Source: an uncultured Acetobacteraceae bacterium
Lineage (GTDB): Bacteria; Pseudomonadota; Alphaproteobacteria; Acetobacterales; Acetobacteraceae
Reading direction: 5' to 3'
Length of the DNA stretch: 64,000 nt
NCBI GenBank assembly: GCA_964235615.1
Contig: CAXSEE010000001.1
Coordinates: 200 to 64,199 of the forward strand
How positions within the stretch are numbered: the stretch's first letter is position 1; each line of letters opens with the position of its first letter. The translations under genes were made by a program, and so were the position numbers. Positions 1 to 10,202 of the stretch are shown here, piece after piece. Below the pieces are notes generated by a model. The model saw nothing but the letters and a program-made list of their open reading frames with translations, made no database searches and was not told where the DNA came from.

Positions 1-100
1 CCATGGCGTCAGAACTCCAGCCGACGGTCAAACAGCAGCTTGATTCCGTTCGATCCCGGAGGCAATCCATAGTCGGAGACGTCCAGTTGAAAGAGGCACC

Positions 101-1360
101 ATGTTAGAGCAAGCCGATCGCGCGGAGCCCTCGCGCGGCATCTACTGGGCAGTCCTTCGCCAACGTGACTTCGCCCTGTTCTTCGCCGCGACCACGGCCT
201 CGACATTGGGCTCGGCCGTCGTCCCCGTGGCGCTTACGTTCGCGTTGCTGGCGCTCGGATATACCGCCACGACCATCGGATTGGTGCTTGCGGCCCAGAC
301 GGCGCCGACCGTCATCCTGATGCTCGCGGGCGGGGTGGTCGGAGATCGTTGGCCGAGGCGTCGTCTGATGATGGTCGCGGATGTCCTGCGCTGCATCGCC
401 CAGGGACTGTTGGCGGCCCTTCTCGCGTTCGGTCATCCGCCTCTGCTGGCGCTCATGACCTTGGCCGCCTGTGTCGGAGTCGGCAACGCGTTCTTCGGGC
501 CCGCGGAAAGCGGTCTGATCCCGCAGGTTGCCGGCCCCGAGCGGGTCAAGCAGGCAAACAGCCTGCTCAGCATCTCAGGCTCGCTGTCGGCCGTGCTGGG
601 ACCTTCGATCGGCGGGTTGCTGGTCGGTCTCGGCGACGCTCCCCTGGCGATCGGCATAGACGCATTGTCGTATGCGGCCAGTGCGATATGCCTGGCCCTG
701 ATGCGGGTTGCCGAACCGTACAAGCCTCCCAGGACTTCGTTCACCGCCGACCTTCGGCTCGGTTGGCACGAGTTCCATCAGCATCGCTGGCTCCAGCTCG
801 TCACCATGCAGTATGGCCTCCTGAACCTCGTTGCGTTCGCTCCCTTCTTCGTGCTGGGTCCTGTGCTTTTCGCGTCCTTGCCGCACGGGGCCCGCCTGTG
901 GGGGCTGGTTGCCTCCGCGACCGGGGTAGGGGGCATCGTCGGCGGTCTGTTGATCCTCCGCTTCCGCCCGCTTCGTCCCCTCGTGGCGTTCGAGCTGGCC
1001 GCGGCCTTGCTCACGACACCCCTCGTCCTGCTGGCCTTCCACACCCCTGTCCTGCCTCTGGCAATCGGAAGTGCGATTTTCGGCGCGGCGCTGGCGGTCC
1101 TGAACGTGACGGTGCAGACGACCATCCAGGAGCGCATTCCCGAGGAGGTGCTGTCTCGCGTCAATGCTCTCTTCAGCGTGGTTGCCATGAGCCTGGGTCC
1201 GCTCGGTTTCGCGCTGTGCGGTCCGATCGCCCACGTACTCGGGGACAGGGGCTGGCTTGCGATCGGTTCGGGGATCGCCCTGCTCAGCACCGTGTCGCTT
1301 CTGGCATCGAAGGCCATACGGCATCTGAAGAATGAGCCGCAGCTTGATGCGAAGGCGTAG
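101..1360 (+). CDS. MFS transporter (DHA3 / macrolide-efflux-like)
   Basis: 419 aa with about 12 hydrophobic segments; motif A-like GGVVGDRWPRRR; C-terminal LSRVNA; RBS AAAGAGG upstream. Confidence 0.85.
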   Translation: MLEQADRAEPSRGIYWAVLRQRDFALFFAATTASTLGSAVVPVALTFALLALGYTATTIGLVLAAQTAPTVILMLAGGVVGDRWPRRRLMMVADVLRCIAQGLLAALLAFGHPPLLALMTLAACVGVGNAFFGPAESGLIPQVAGPERVKQANSLLSISGSLSAVLGPSIGGLLVGLGDAPLAIGIDALSYAASAICLALMRVAEPYKPPRTSFTADLRLGWHEFHQHRWLQLVTMQYGLLNLVAFAPFFVLGPVLFASLPHGARLWGLVASATGVGGIVGGLLILRFRPLRPLVAFELAAALLTTPLVLLAFHTPVLPLAIGSAIFGAALAVLNVTVQTTIQERIPEEVLSRVNALFSVVAMSLGPLGFALCGPIAHVLGDRGWLAIGSGIALLSTVSLLASKAIRHLKNEPQLDAKA

Positions 1361-1380
1361 GTGTCTTTGCAAGCGACCCG

Positions 1381-3378
1381 TCAGGCGTTCGCGGCGAGCG
1401 CTTCCCGAAGCGGTGCCAGCCAGGGCTCGAAGCGATGCCACTGGTCGAGGCCATCCCTGAAGATCGGCCGGCGCACCTGCTCGGAACTTGCGGTGCGCAC
1501 GCTGCGCTCGGTCTTGTGGAACTCGAGGCATCGCTGGTCGAACGGCAACCCGCAGAACTCCAGGATGCTCCTGACGCTGCCTTCGAGGTCGGTCACGACG
1601 TCCTCATGCTGGATGCGCAGGATTTTGCCCGGCAGCACTTCACTCCAGTGCGCCATCAGCTCGACATAGCTGCGATAATAGCGCGCGATGTCCTCAAGAC
1701 CGTAGGTGAATTCCTGCCCGGAGGCGAACAGCTGCTTGAAGTTGCTGAAGCAGCAGGCCATCGCCTCCCGCCGCGCATCGATGATCCTGGCGTTCGGCAG
1801 GATGAGATGGATCAGCCCGAGATGGCGGAAATTATTCGGGTTCTTATCGATGAAGAACGCCCGCCCGGTCCGATAGACCTGGGTGTCCGCCAGATATTTT
1901 TCGCCGAACTTGCGCAACTGGTCGCCCGAGATGTCTTCGAGCACCGCCGGATAGCGGATGGCGCTCTCGTCATGATTGCGGCCCTGCAGGCGGACGGCCA
2001 GCCTGGAGATGTCGGCGAGCTCCATGGTGCCGTCGACCTCGGGATGCGATGCGAGGATCTGCTCCAGCAAAGTGGAGCCGGCGCGCGGCAGGCCGACGAT
2101 GAAGATCGGATCAGGGCGGTCGCAGCCGTTGCCCGCGCGCGCCGCCACGAACTCCGGGGTGAATAGCGAGATCTGCCGGCGCGCATTCTGCTCGATGGTT
2201 TCCGGACGATACTGCGTCTCGCTCTTCTTCAGCGCGTTGCCACGCTCGTAGTAGGAGAAGGATTCGGCGTATCGCTCGCGGTCCTCGAAGGCTTTGCCAA
2301 GGGCGAAGCACAGGTGATAGCGATCGACGAGCCGGGTCGCGTCACCTGCCTCCTCCTTACGCATGCGCTCGATCTCCGCGTCCAGGAAGCGGTAGGTCTT
2401 GAGGTTCGCGAGACTCCAGTAGGCATCTCCCAGGACCGGCACGATCCCTGCCGCGGCACGATACGAGGCGATCGCCTCCTGCTGGCGGCCGAGCGTCTTG
2501 AGCGCATGACCGATCGACAGATGCAGGTCGGCCGATGCGGGCGCCTCGGCGACCAGCTCCCGATAGGTCCGAAGCGCCTCGTCGTAATCGGCAAGCGACA
2601 GGCAGGCGCTCGCATACACCGCCCGATAATCGCGGTTGTCCGGCTCGGCCTGCAGAAGGATCCTGGATTGGTCGAGCGCTTTCTGATGCTGGTGCCGTTG
2701 CAGCAGCACCCGGACATAATCGTAGCGTGCCAGATGATAGCTTGGCGCGAATGCGAGCACGCTTTCGAGCAGGAACTCCGCATCGTCCAGCACATCGAGC
2801 TTGATCCCGATCCGCGCGAGCAGGCGCATCGCCTCGACGTCGGTGGAATGGGTCTGCAGGAACTGCCGGATGACCCGCTCCGCCTCGTGCACCTCGCCGT
2901 CGGCGAACAGGCTGGACGCCGTCACGACGGCAGGGGGCAGGCTCGCGAGCTTGGCCACGTGGCTCGCCGCCGTGTTTGCCTCATCCGGCTGACCCGCAGA
3001 GCGGAACAGGACCTGCAGCGCCTTCCAGCTTGCCGGCAACGCGGCGTTGAGGTTCACGGCCTGCAGATAGGCTTCCAGCGCCGCGGCCGGGTTGCCGGAG
3101 GCGACAAGGCAGTGACCGCGCTCCTGGAACAGGCGGCTATAACCCGGATGCGTCCGCTCTAGGCGAGCCAGTATCGCAAGCGCCTGTTCCGTCCGACGCA
3201 AATAACGCTCGCTGACCGCGATCATGTACAGCACGTCGCGATTCTCGGGAACACGCCACAGCAGCACCTGGCCCGTCTCCAGTGCCGCGGTGTATTTCGC
3301 CCCCTCCATCAACCGGCGGATATGGAGAACCTCTGCTTCCACCGCCGACGCAGTAGACCCTGCGTGAGCCATGCTCAT
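1381..3378 (-). CDS. TPR-repeat protein with C-terminal PAPS-dependent sulfotransferase domain
   Basis: N-terminal helical repeats; IFIVGLPRAGSTLLEQIL (5'-PSB loop), DKNPNNF, RREAMACCFS (3'-PB); ATG 3378 follows GGGAG, ORF can extend to GTG 3384. Confidence 0.9.
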   Translation of the reverse strand: MSMAHAGSTASAVEAEVLHIRRLMEGAKYTAALETGQVLLWRVPENRDVLYMIAVSERYLRRTEQALAILARLERTHPGYSRLFQERGHCLVASGNPAAALEAYLQAVNLNAALPASWKALQVLFRSAGQPDEANTAASHVAKLASLPPAVVTASSLFADGEVHEAERVIRQFLQTHSTDVEAMRLLARIGIKLDVLDDAEFLLESVLAFAPSYHLARYDYVRVLLQRHQHQKALDQSRILLQAEPDNRDYRAVYASACLSLADYDEALRTYRELVAEAPASADLHLSIGHALKTLGRQQEAIASYRAAAGIVPVLGDAYWSLANLKTYRFLDAEIERMRKEEAGDATRLVDRYHLCFALGKAFEDRERYAESFSYYERGNALKKSETQYRPETIEQNARRQISLFTPEFVAARAGNGCDRPDPIFIVGLPRAGSTLLEQILASHPEVDGTMELADISRLAVRLQGRNHDESAIRYPAVLEDISGDQLRKFGEKYLADTQVYRTGRAFFIDKNPNNFRHLGLIHLILPNARIIDARREAMACCFSNFKQLFASGQEFTYGLEDIARYYRSYVELMAHWSEVLPGKILRIQHEDVVTDLEGSVRSILEFCGLPFDQRCLEFHKTERSVRTASSEQVRRPIFRDGLDQWHRFEPWLAPLREALAANA

Positions 3379-3406
3379 GCCCACTCCCGATCGACTGCCG
3401 GTCAGA

Positions 3407-6049
3407 TTATTTGAAGGTGTAGGAAAGCTTCAAACCTGCTGTCAACGGGCGGGTGACGATGATGGATTTCACGAACTGGGCCGAGCTGATGAATTGCTGG
3501 CCGCGCTCGTCGGTGAAGTTCTCGCAGAAGATCTGTGCCCTGAAATCGCCCTTGGAGACGCCCATGGAGGCATCGGCGATCGTGTACGGCTTCATGAAGT
3601 AGTTGTTGAAGGTCGCCACCGCCGAGTGCGAGCTCGAGGTGTAGGTCACGCCGATCTGGAAGAACGGAAAGAAGTCGTGGAACTCGAACTCGTAGCGGCC
3701 GCGGAGATTGCCCTTGAAGGCCGGCGACAGCGCCAGGGTGTCGCCATCCTGGCCGAAGATGCCGGCCGAGCCCGGCAGGATGGTTCCGGTCGGACTGGTC
3801 ACCGGTGGTGAGTTCAACTGCGTTGTGTCGTTGGCGGCAAATCCTCCGGTCAAGGTCAGACCCAGGATCGGCCGGAGCGTTGCCTGAAGCTCCGTGCCAC
3901 GCACGCGGTAGTTCGGACCGTTGACGGTGAACGCCAGGTTGCCGAACGCCCCGGGGTCGAACAGCCGGTCCTGAACATTGTCCCAGTTCTCCTGGTAGAT
4001 GGCGCCGTCGAGGGTCAGGCGATGATGCAGGAACTGCATCTTGTAGCCGATCTCGTTGTTCGTCAGGCCATCCGACGTGTAGGCGATCGGCCCGACGAAG
4101 TCGCCGGACTTGGGCGCCCGTCGATTGAAGCCGCCCGGCCGGTAGCCTTCCGAGTAGGTGTAGTAGACCATGATGTCGGGCGTGACCTTGTAGGTCAGGT
4201 TGGCCCGGTTGCGGAAGCCGTAGGACGCGGACTCCAGATGCTTGGCGTCGAGGTTGGTGGCGTCGGCGAGGCAGGGGGTGGGACCGCTGTAGCCGACGCT
4301 GCAGCCGAAGCTGCTGACCGCCGAGCCCACCTCGAAGTTATGGAAATCGAACCAGCGGGTGCCGAACGTCGCCGTCAGCCTGTTGGGGATGATGTCGTAG
4401 TCGGCGGACCCGAAGATCGCATACTGGGTGTAGCCGCGGGTGACGTCGTTGAAGAAGCCCGTTTCGGCGGCTCGCGTGTTCGGATCGATCGCGGTCGAGC
4501 CGGGTGGCGGTCCGATCGGCGTGAAGCCGGGTGCGGTGAGATAGTCGAAGTTCGTCCGGTCCTGGACCTGGAACTTTTCGTAGAAGAAGCCGCCGATGGC
4601 GCGGAACCGCCAGTTGTCCGGAGTGCTGACGCGCAACTCCTGGCTCAGATGGTTGTCGTGCTCGATGTCCTGCCAGGTGCCGCCGGGCGAATAGCATTGC
4701 GACTTGGGAAAGCCCTTGGCTGGATTGGCCGGCTGGCACTGGTAATAATCCGCATAGAGGCCGCGGGCGTAGTTGGTGTAATCCTGAACCTGCGTCGCAT
4801 CCCGAACCAGGTAGGCGCCGTCATAGACGACCTTGAGGAAGCCGACGCGTCCGTTGATGGTCAGCGCGGTGTTCTCGAAATAATCGTGGTCATAGGACGG
4901 CTCGAAGATCTGGGCGGAGAGATCCGGCAGCTTCACCGGAGAACTGCCGGACGTATAGGGCATGTCGTAGAAGACGCCCTCGGCATCCAGCCTCTGGGCG
5001 GACTCCGACAGCAGGACGTTCCAGTCGTCGTCGAATTGGTAGAGCACCTCGCCCCGGATGCCCTGGTAGGTGGCGGGATTGATGTTCTTCTGGGCGATAT
5101 TGAAGTTGTTGATCGAGTTCGTCGCGGTTGCCGGGCCAGGCGTGTTGTTGGCGTAGTGGGCGTAGTGGATGCCGAGATCGGTCTTCTCGCGCACGAAGGT
5201 GCCGGGGGCATTGTCGATATAGCCGCCGCGTCCGTCGTCGTACATGACGAGACGCGCGGCCAGCTTGTCCTTGATGATCGGCGCGTTGATGATGACGTCG
5301 GCATTCTCGTTGCCCGCGCCATGGGCGGTGCCTCCGGCACCGGCGTCGACGGTCACGTAGTATTTGTCCAGATCGGGTTTGTTGGTGATATAGCGCAGCA
5401 CGCCGGCCTGCGCGCCGGATCCGAACAATGTTCCCTGCGGGCCTTCGAGCACTTCGACCCGCTGCAGGTCGACCGCGTAGATATCGAGGTTCCGGCCGGG
5501 GATCTCGGCGGACTGGTCGTCGAGATAGATCGCGACGTTGGGGAACGAGCCGACGCCGCCGCCGCTCTGGCCGCCCTCGTCACCGCCGATGCTCAAGCCG
5601 CGCATGTAGATGTTCTGCTGGCCCGGCCCGAACCCGCCCGCCGTCACGTTGGGAAGCTGGCGGAGCATGTCGTCGAAATTCTCGATGTTCAACCGCTTGA
5701 GCGTCTCGCCCGTCAGCACCTGGACCGAAACCGGCACGTCCTGGAGGTTCTGGCTGCGCCGTTGCGCCGTCACCGTCACGACTTCGCCGTTGTCCGCAGC
5801 ACTGGTGGGTTTGGCGGGTCTGGTGGGTGTCGCAGGCTTGGTGGCCGGCGCGCCGCTGCCGCTGAAGGGGATCGCCGGCGTGAGTGGCGCGTTCGTCGTG
5901 CTGCCGGTGCTCTGGGCCCGGGCCGCCGAACCTACCAGGACGCCAAGGGCGATTCCAGACAGCAGTGTCTTCCTGAAGTCGCGGCGCCTGGAGCCGGGAG
6001 CCGCCGCGACAGAAGGAAGCAGAAGGCGTTTCGCGGATAGCTGCCTCAA
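3407..6049 (-). CDS. TonB-dependent outer-membrane receptor
   Basis: TonB box/plug VVTVTAQRRSQNLQDVPVSV, RVEVLEGPQGTLFG, YSEGYRPGGFN, terminal beta strand LSYTFK; TTG start. Confidence 0.93.
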   Translation of the reverse strand: MRQLSAKRLLLPSVAAAPGSRRRDFRKTLLSGIALGVLVGSAARAQSTGSTTNAPLTPAIPFSGSGAPATKPATPTRPAKPTSAADNGEVVTVTAQRRSQNLQDVPVSVQVLTGETLKRLNIENFDDMLRQLPNVTAGGFGPGQQNIYMRGLSIGGDEGGQSGGGVGSFPNVAIYLDDQSAEIPGRNLDIYAVDLQRVEVLEGPQGTLFGSGAQAGVLRYITNKPDLDKYYVTVDAGAGGTAHGAGNENADVIINAPIIKDKLAARLVMYDDGRGGYIDNAPGTFVREKTDLGIHYAHYANNTPGPATATNSINNFNIAQKNINPATYQGIRGEVLYQFDDDWNVLLSESAQRLDAEGVFYDMPYTSGSSPVKLPDLSAQIFEPSYDHDYFENTALTINGRVGFLKVVYDGAYLVRDATQVQDYTNYARGLYADYYQCQPANPAKGFPKSQCYSPGGTWQDIEHDNHLSQELRVSTPDNWRFRAIGGFFYEKFQVQDRTNFDYLTAPGFTPIGPPPGSTAIDPNTRAAETGFFNDVTRGYTQYAIFGSADYDIIPNRLTATFGTRWFDFHNFEVGSAVSSFGCSVGYSGPTPCLADATNLDAKHLESASYGFRNRANLTYKVTPDIMVYYTYSEGYRPGGFNRRAPKSGDFVGPIAYTSDGLTNNEIGYKMQFLHHRLTLDGAIYQENWDNVQDRLFDPGAFGNLAFTVNGPNYRVRGTELQATLRPILGLTLTGGFAANDTTQLNSPPVTSPTGTILPGSAGIFGQDGDTLALSPAFKGNLRGRYEFEFHDFFPFFQIGVTYTSSSHSAVATFNNYFMKPYTIADASMGVSKGDFRAQIFCENFTDERGQQFISSAQFVKSIIVTRPLTAGLKLSYTFK

Positions 6050-6338
6050 AAGTCCCTACTCCCTGGGTCGTGAAACCAGCACGCATCGAGTGGCGTTGCG
6101 TCTTGGACCGTTACGGCTCGCGAAATCTGAATTAAGATTATCTCGCAGGGTAACCAGTAAATATCACGGGCCGGCTCGGTTATTGCAGAATCGCGTCGCG
6201 TTACAGAACGTAAACGACAACCATAAAGACCAAGGCTTTGCCCTGGCCCCCACCCGGCGAAGCCTTGAGACTCCAATCATGTCTACAAATTGGTTTCCAA
6301 AGGCCGATGCCTTTGGCGGGTCTGGGCAGAGCCCAGCC

Positions 6339-7445
6339 TTACCCGGCGGCCCAGGCGGCAAGCTCGTCAGGATCGCGCTCTCCGGCGATGGCGGCTGCGA
6401 GCGCTTCGCCCATGAGCGGTCCGAGCTTGAAGCCGTGGCCGGAGCAGGCGCTGCCGAGCCAACCTTTGTTGCCTTCGCGCCGGACCAGGAAACGCTCGTC
6501 CCTGGTTACCGTGTAGAAACAGGCGCGACGCTCCAGCACCGTGTATCGGTCGAAGTCGCGGTACGCCAAGCGAGCGGCGTCGACGAGGCGCGCGACATCC
6601 GCATCGGTGCCGGCGCGGTCGCCATCGGGATCGCCCTGGCGGGTGAACTGGTGGTCGCCGATCTTGAGCCTTGTGCCCGGACGCGGCGGCAAGGTGTAGC
6701 TGCCGCTCTGCAATCCGATATCGATCAGGACTGGCGCCTGCGCCCAGGCTGCCGCGAGCTCGGGCGGCGCCCCCAGGTACATGACAGCTTGACGCGACGG
6801 CACCGCGACACCCTCCAATGCGGGAAGCAGCCGGCTGGCCCAGGCGCCGGCGGTCACCACCACCATGTCGCCGCGGACCGTGCCGCCCGCGGTGCGCAGC
6901 GTACCGGCTTCGAGATCGACCGCTTCGACCAGCGTGTTCGGATGCAGCACGACGCCCCGGCCCGGCAACAGATTGGCGAGATCGGTCAGGATGCGTATCG
7001 GGTAGAGCATCCCGGCCCCCTCGGTGCGGACGACGCGTGTCAGGCCTTCGGTGCGTATCATCGGATACAAAGCGGGGATATCGGCCAGCGGCACTTCCTC
7101 GCAGCCGATCTCCATGCGCCGCATCGAACGCTGCGTGGCCGGATACCAGTCGCTGTCGCCGCGCATGAAATAGATCGCAGGCATCGGGTCGTAATGCGTG
7201 GCGCCGAGATCTTGCCAGAGGGCATCCCAGACCTTGAAGGCCTGCGGCATCAGATAGGCGTAGCCCTCCATCTCGCCATAGGCGTGACGGATGATCCGGT
7301 GCTCGTCATAGGAAGAGGCGCGCGGATGCGGCAGCGGTCCCTGCTCGAACAGCTCGACGGAAAATCCGCGCCGGTTCAGCGCCCAGGCGGTGCTCATGCC
7401 GGCGATCCCGCCACCGACGATCAGGATTTTTCCTTTTGGCGACAT
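6339..7445 (-). CDS. FAD-dependent amine oxidase, monomeric sarcosine oxidase / N-methyl-amino-acid oxidase family
   Basis: GGGIAG FAD motif, RASSYDEHRIIRHAYG, ACFYT, SACSGHGFKLGP. Confidence 0.8.
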   Translation of the reverse strand: MSPKGKILIVGGGIAGMSTAWALNRRGFSVELFEQGPLPHPRASSYDEHRIIRHAYGEMEGYAYLMPQAFKVWDALWQDLGATHYDPMPAIYFMRGDSDWYPATQRSMRRMEIGCEEVPLADIPALYPMIRTEGLTRVVRTEGAGMLYPIRILTDLANLLPGRGVVLHPNTLVEAVDLEAGTLRTAGGTVRGDMVVVTAGAWASRLLPALEGVAVPSRQAVMYLGAPPELAAAWAQAPVLIDIGLQSGSYTLPPRPGTRLKIGDHQFTRQGDPDGDRAGTDADVARLVDAARLAYRDFDRYTVLERRACFYTVTRDERFLVRREGNKGWLGSACSGHGFKLGPLMGEALAAAIAGERDPDELAAWAAG

Positions 7446-7466
7446 CGACGAATACCTTGTGATTGA

Positions 7467-8621
7467 TCAGGCAGCCAGGCTCGCCGGCGTGACCCAGCCC
7501 TGGACCCGGCGCCAGTCCGGATCGAGATCGGCGAAGCGGGCAAGCGACAATTTGCCGATATCGGCAAAGGAACAGCGTCCGTCCATGACCAGATCGCGCA
7601 AGGCGTGGCCGGTGGCGGGCGAAAGACCGAAACCCACGCCCGACATCGTCGCGATCGTGACGTTGCCGGGATTTGCCGGCCGGTCGAGCACCGGGCGTCC
7701 GTCCGGCGTGTTCTCGACGATGCCGCCCCAGGAGCGGATGACGCGAACATGCGCCGCCTTCGGAAACAGTTGCGCCAACCGGCGCGAGAGATGCTGCAAC
7801 ACCGGCGTGGAGGGACGGCTCAGTACGCCTTCCAGCGGCGGTTCATCCATCCATTCGTGCCAGCCGCCGCCATAGGCGAGGTTGCCGCGCAGGGTCTGGC
7901 GGCCATACAGGCCATTGCCGTCGACGCCGCCGATCGGCATCAGCGGCAGCGCCTCGGTGACGATCATCTCCGCCCGCGCCGGCGCCAGCGGCAGCTCGAT
8001 CCCGATCTCGCGCAGCAGACGCCCCGATTGCGGTCCCGCCGCCACCACGAGCTGGTCGCAGCCGATCACGCCTGCCGCGGTGCGTACGCCTGACGCACGG
8101 CCGCCGGCCATCTCGATGCCCTGGACCGGGCAATGCTGCAGGATGCGCGCGCCATGATCCTGCGCCGCCCAGGCATAGGCCTGCACGGTTCGCTGCGGGT
8201 TGGCGTGGCCGCCGGTATGGATATGCACCCCCCCGATCGCGGTCTCGCCGGCGAGCGGCACCGCATCGCGCACCTGCCTCGCGTCCAGCGGCGTGGCGCG
8301 ATAGCCGAGCCGGTCGAGGATCGCGGCGGTGCGGCGGTAGCGCGCCAACTGCGGCTCCGACACGGCGACGATGATGCGCTCCGGCCGATGCTCGGTCGGA
8401 TAACCGAGCAGGCGGTCCATCTGCGGCCAGAGGCGCTGCTCCTCGTCGAACAGCGGGCTCTGGTAGTGGGTCGCGCCGCCGCCGTTGCGGCTCGACGCCT
8501 CGTAGCCGATCACGCCCTTGTCCAGCACGATGACGTCCACGCCCTCGCGCGCCAGCCACCAGGCGGCGCTCAATCCCGTCACGCCGCCGCCGATGACGAC
8601 GACGCTTGCTCCATTCGACAT
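7467..8621 (-). CDS. DAO-family FAD oxidoreductase (OoxB/SoxB/HcnC-like subunit)
   Basis: GGGVTG, EASSRNGGG, RSWGG...TPDGRP, GVGFGLSP. Confidence 0.8.
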   Translation of the reverse strand: MSNGASVVVIGGGVTGLSAAWWLAREGVDVIVLDKGVIGYEASSRNGGGATHYQSPLFDEEQRLWPQMDRLLGYPTEHRPERIIVAVSEPQLARYRRTAAILDRLGYRATPLDARQVRDAVPLAGETAIGGVHIHTGGHANPQRTVQAYAWAAQDHGARILQHCPVQGIEMAGGRASGVRTAAGVIGCDQLVVAAGPQSGRLLREIGIELPLAPARAEMIVTEALPLMPIGGVDGNGLYGRQTLRGNLAYGGGWHEWMDEPPLEGVLSRPSTPVLQHLSRRLAQLFPKAAHVRVIRSWGGIVENTPDGRPVLDRPANPGNVTIATMSGVGFGLSPATGHALRDLVMDGRCSFADIGKLSLARFADLDPDWRRVQGWVTPASLAA

Positions 8622-8636
8622 CGGGTGCGGGCCTCC

Positions 8637-10199
8637 TCAGAGATGCATGTCGTCGCCGAGCGCTTCGGCTTCGCGCGGCGTGCCGATGTCGGCATAGGGC
8701 ACCCATTGCGCCGCGATGCCGAACCACACGTCCCAGCCGGCCTGCGACGCCGCGTCGTCGGGCGCCGATAGGGCCTGGAGCGTCAAGGGCCGCACCGGGG
8801 CGCGATAACCGGCCAGCCGGACCCCGCCCGCCTCGATCCCTGCGCCGATCGCCAGCAGCATCGCCACCTGCTCGCGACAGCGGCGCGCCTGGCAGGGACC
8901 CATCGAGACCCGGGTCAGGCGCTTGAGCTGATCGTGATCGACCGGACCATCCCGCAGCAATGTGGCGAGGTCGCGTGCGGCGCCGGCATCGGGCGCGCAT
9001 CCCAGGTAACGCGGCGGGCGGACGCCGAGCAGTTCGGCCCGCGTCACTTCCTCGCAGGTGCAGGCCAGCACGTCGGCGCCGCCGGTCGCGAGCAGGAGCC
9101 GCATCCAGTCCATGCGGCAGGAGAAGCTGCCATCGTCGACGCCAGGCGGGATCGCGCGGCCGTATCCGGCTCCGAGCAGCACCGCTTTTGCGGCGCGCGC
9201 GCCCTGGGCCGCCGCGTCGCCACCCAGGCCCGCGCAATCCCCGGCCACCGCGATGCCCGCGACGGGTGTGAGGCCGTTCTCGTCCTGTGTCGGCACGTAG
9301 CCGCCGCGTCCGGGGTCCATCACCAGGGGCACGCCGAGCACGTCGAGCAGCTCCACCGACGGCACCACTCCCAACGCCAGGCAGATGGTGTCGCACTCGA
9401 TGCGGCGGCCCTCTCCCGCGCCGACCGGCATCGCATGCAGCGCGACAACTCCCTCGACATTGCATTCGGCGCGCAGGGGAACATGGCCGCAGATTACCTC
9501 GACGCCACGCGCCCGCAAGGCAGCGACCAGCGCGTCCGGTCCCTGCGGCGTGTCCCGCGCCTCGATCAGGGCCGCGACCTCGATCCCGTGGTCCAGCGCC
9601 AGCAGGGCGGTCTCCAGCGCCAGCCGGCCCGAACCGAGCAGGATCACACGCCGTCCGGAGAAGGCCTGGTAGCGCACGAGCAGAGCCTGCAGCGCCTGCG
9701 CGCCCATGACGCCGGGCTGGTCGGAGCCCGCGAACGAGAGCACCAGGTCACGCGCGCCCGCGGCAATGACGGCGGCATCGAAGCCGCACAGCCAGGATCG
9801 CTCCTCTGTGGCGAGGCCGGCGATCGGGCAGGGCAGGGATTGCAGCCCAGGAGCGCGCGTCCAGGCGCCCCAGACGCTCACGCCGAGCATGACCTCGACC
9901 CCGGCCTCGAACACGGCTTCGAGTCCAGGGATCGCGGAGGCGATCTGCTCCATCATGCGCGCCTGGTTGGCGATCGCGGGGCTGGCCCGGCCGCCGAAGC
10001 AGAACGGCACGTCCAGCGCTGCCATGCCGGCCGCGACCGGATGCTCGTCGACCAGCAGCACCGACTGCCCGCGGCGGGCTCCTTCGAGTGCCGCAGCAAT
10101 GCCTGCGGGGCCAGCCCCCACCACGAGCAGCCCGACATGCTGCTCCGGCCGGGGGAACTTCCCCGCCACCGACTTGGGATCGATTATCAGGCTGTCCAT
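8637..10199 (-). CDS. FAD/NAD(P) oxidoreductase with C-terminal BFD-like [2Fe-2S] domain (OoxA/HcnB-like subunit)
   Basis: GAGPAG, GARD...PGV, VAGDCAG, CTCEEVT ... LKRLTRVSMGPCQARRC. Confidence 0.75.
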   Translation of the reverse strand: MDSLIIDPKSVAGKFPRPEQHVGLLVVGAGPAGIAAALEGARRGQSVLLVDEHPVAAGMAALDVPFCFGGRASPAIANQARMMEQIASAIPGLEAVFEAGVEVMLGVSVWGAWTRAPGLQSLPCPIAGLATEERSWLCGFDAAVIAAGARDLVLSFAGSDQPGVMGAQALQALLVRYQAFSGRRVILLGSGRLALETALLALDHGIEVAALIEARDTPQGPDALVAALRARGVEVICGHVPLRAECNVEGVVALHAMPVGAGEGRRIECDTICLALGVVPSVELLDVLGVPLVMDPGRGGYVPTQDENGLTPVAGIAVAGDCAGLGGDAAAQGARAAKAVLLGAGYGRAIPPGVDDGSFSCRMDWMRLLLATGGADVLACTCEEVTRAELLGVRPPRYLGCAPDAGAARDLATLLRDGPVDHDQLKRLTRVSMGPCQARRCREQVAMLLAIGAGIEAGGVRLAGYRAPVRPLTLQALSAPDDAASQAGWDVWFGIAAQWVPYADIGTPREAEALGDDMHL

Positions 10200-10202
10200 C
10201 TC

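Noticed and set aside
3-107. Short plus-strand frame MASELQ...EAPC overlapping the MFS start
   Set aside because: Could be the tail of an upstream gene or noise; cut by the window edge and no motif.
5930-6049. Twin-arginine-like RRRDFRK in the TonB receptor signal peptide
   Set aside because: Beta-barrel receptors use Sec; Arg-rich N-regions are common at high GC and the consensus hydrophobic position is Arg.
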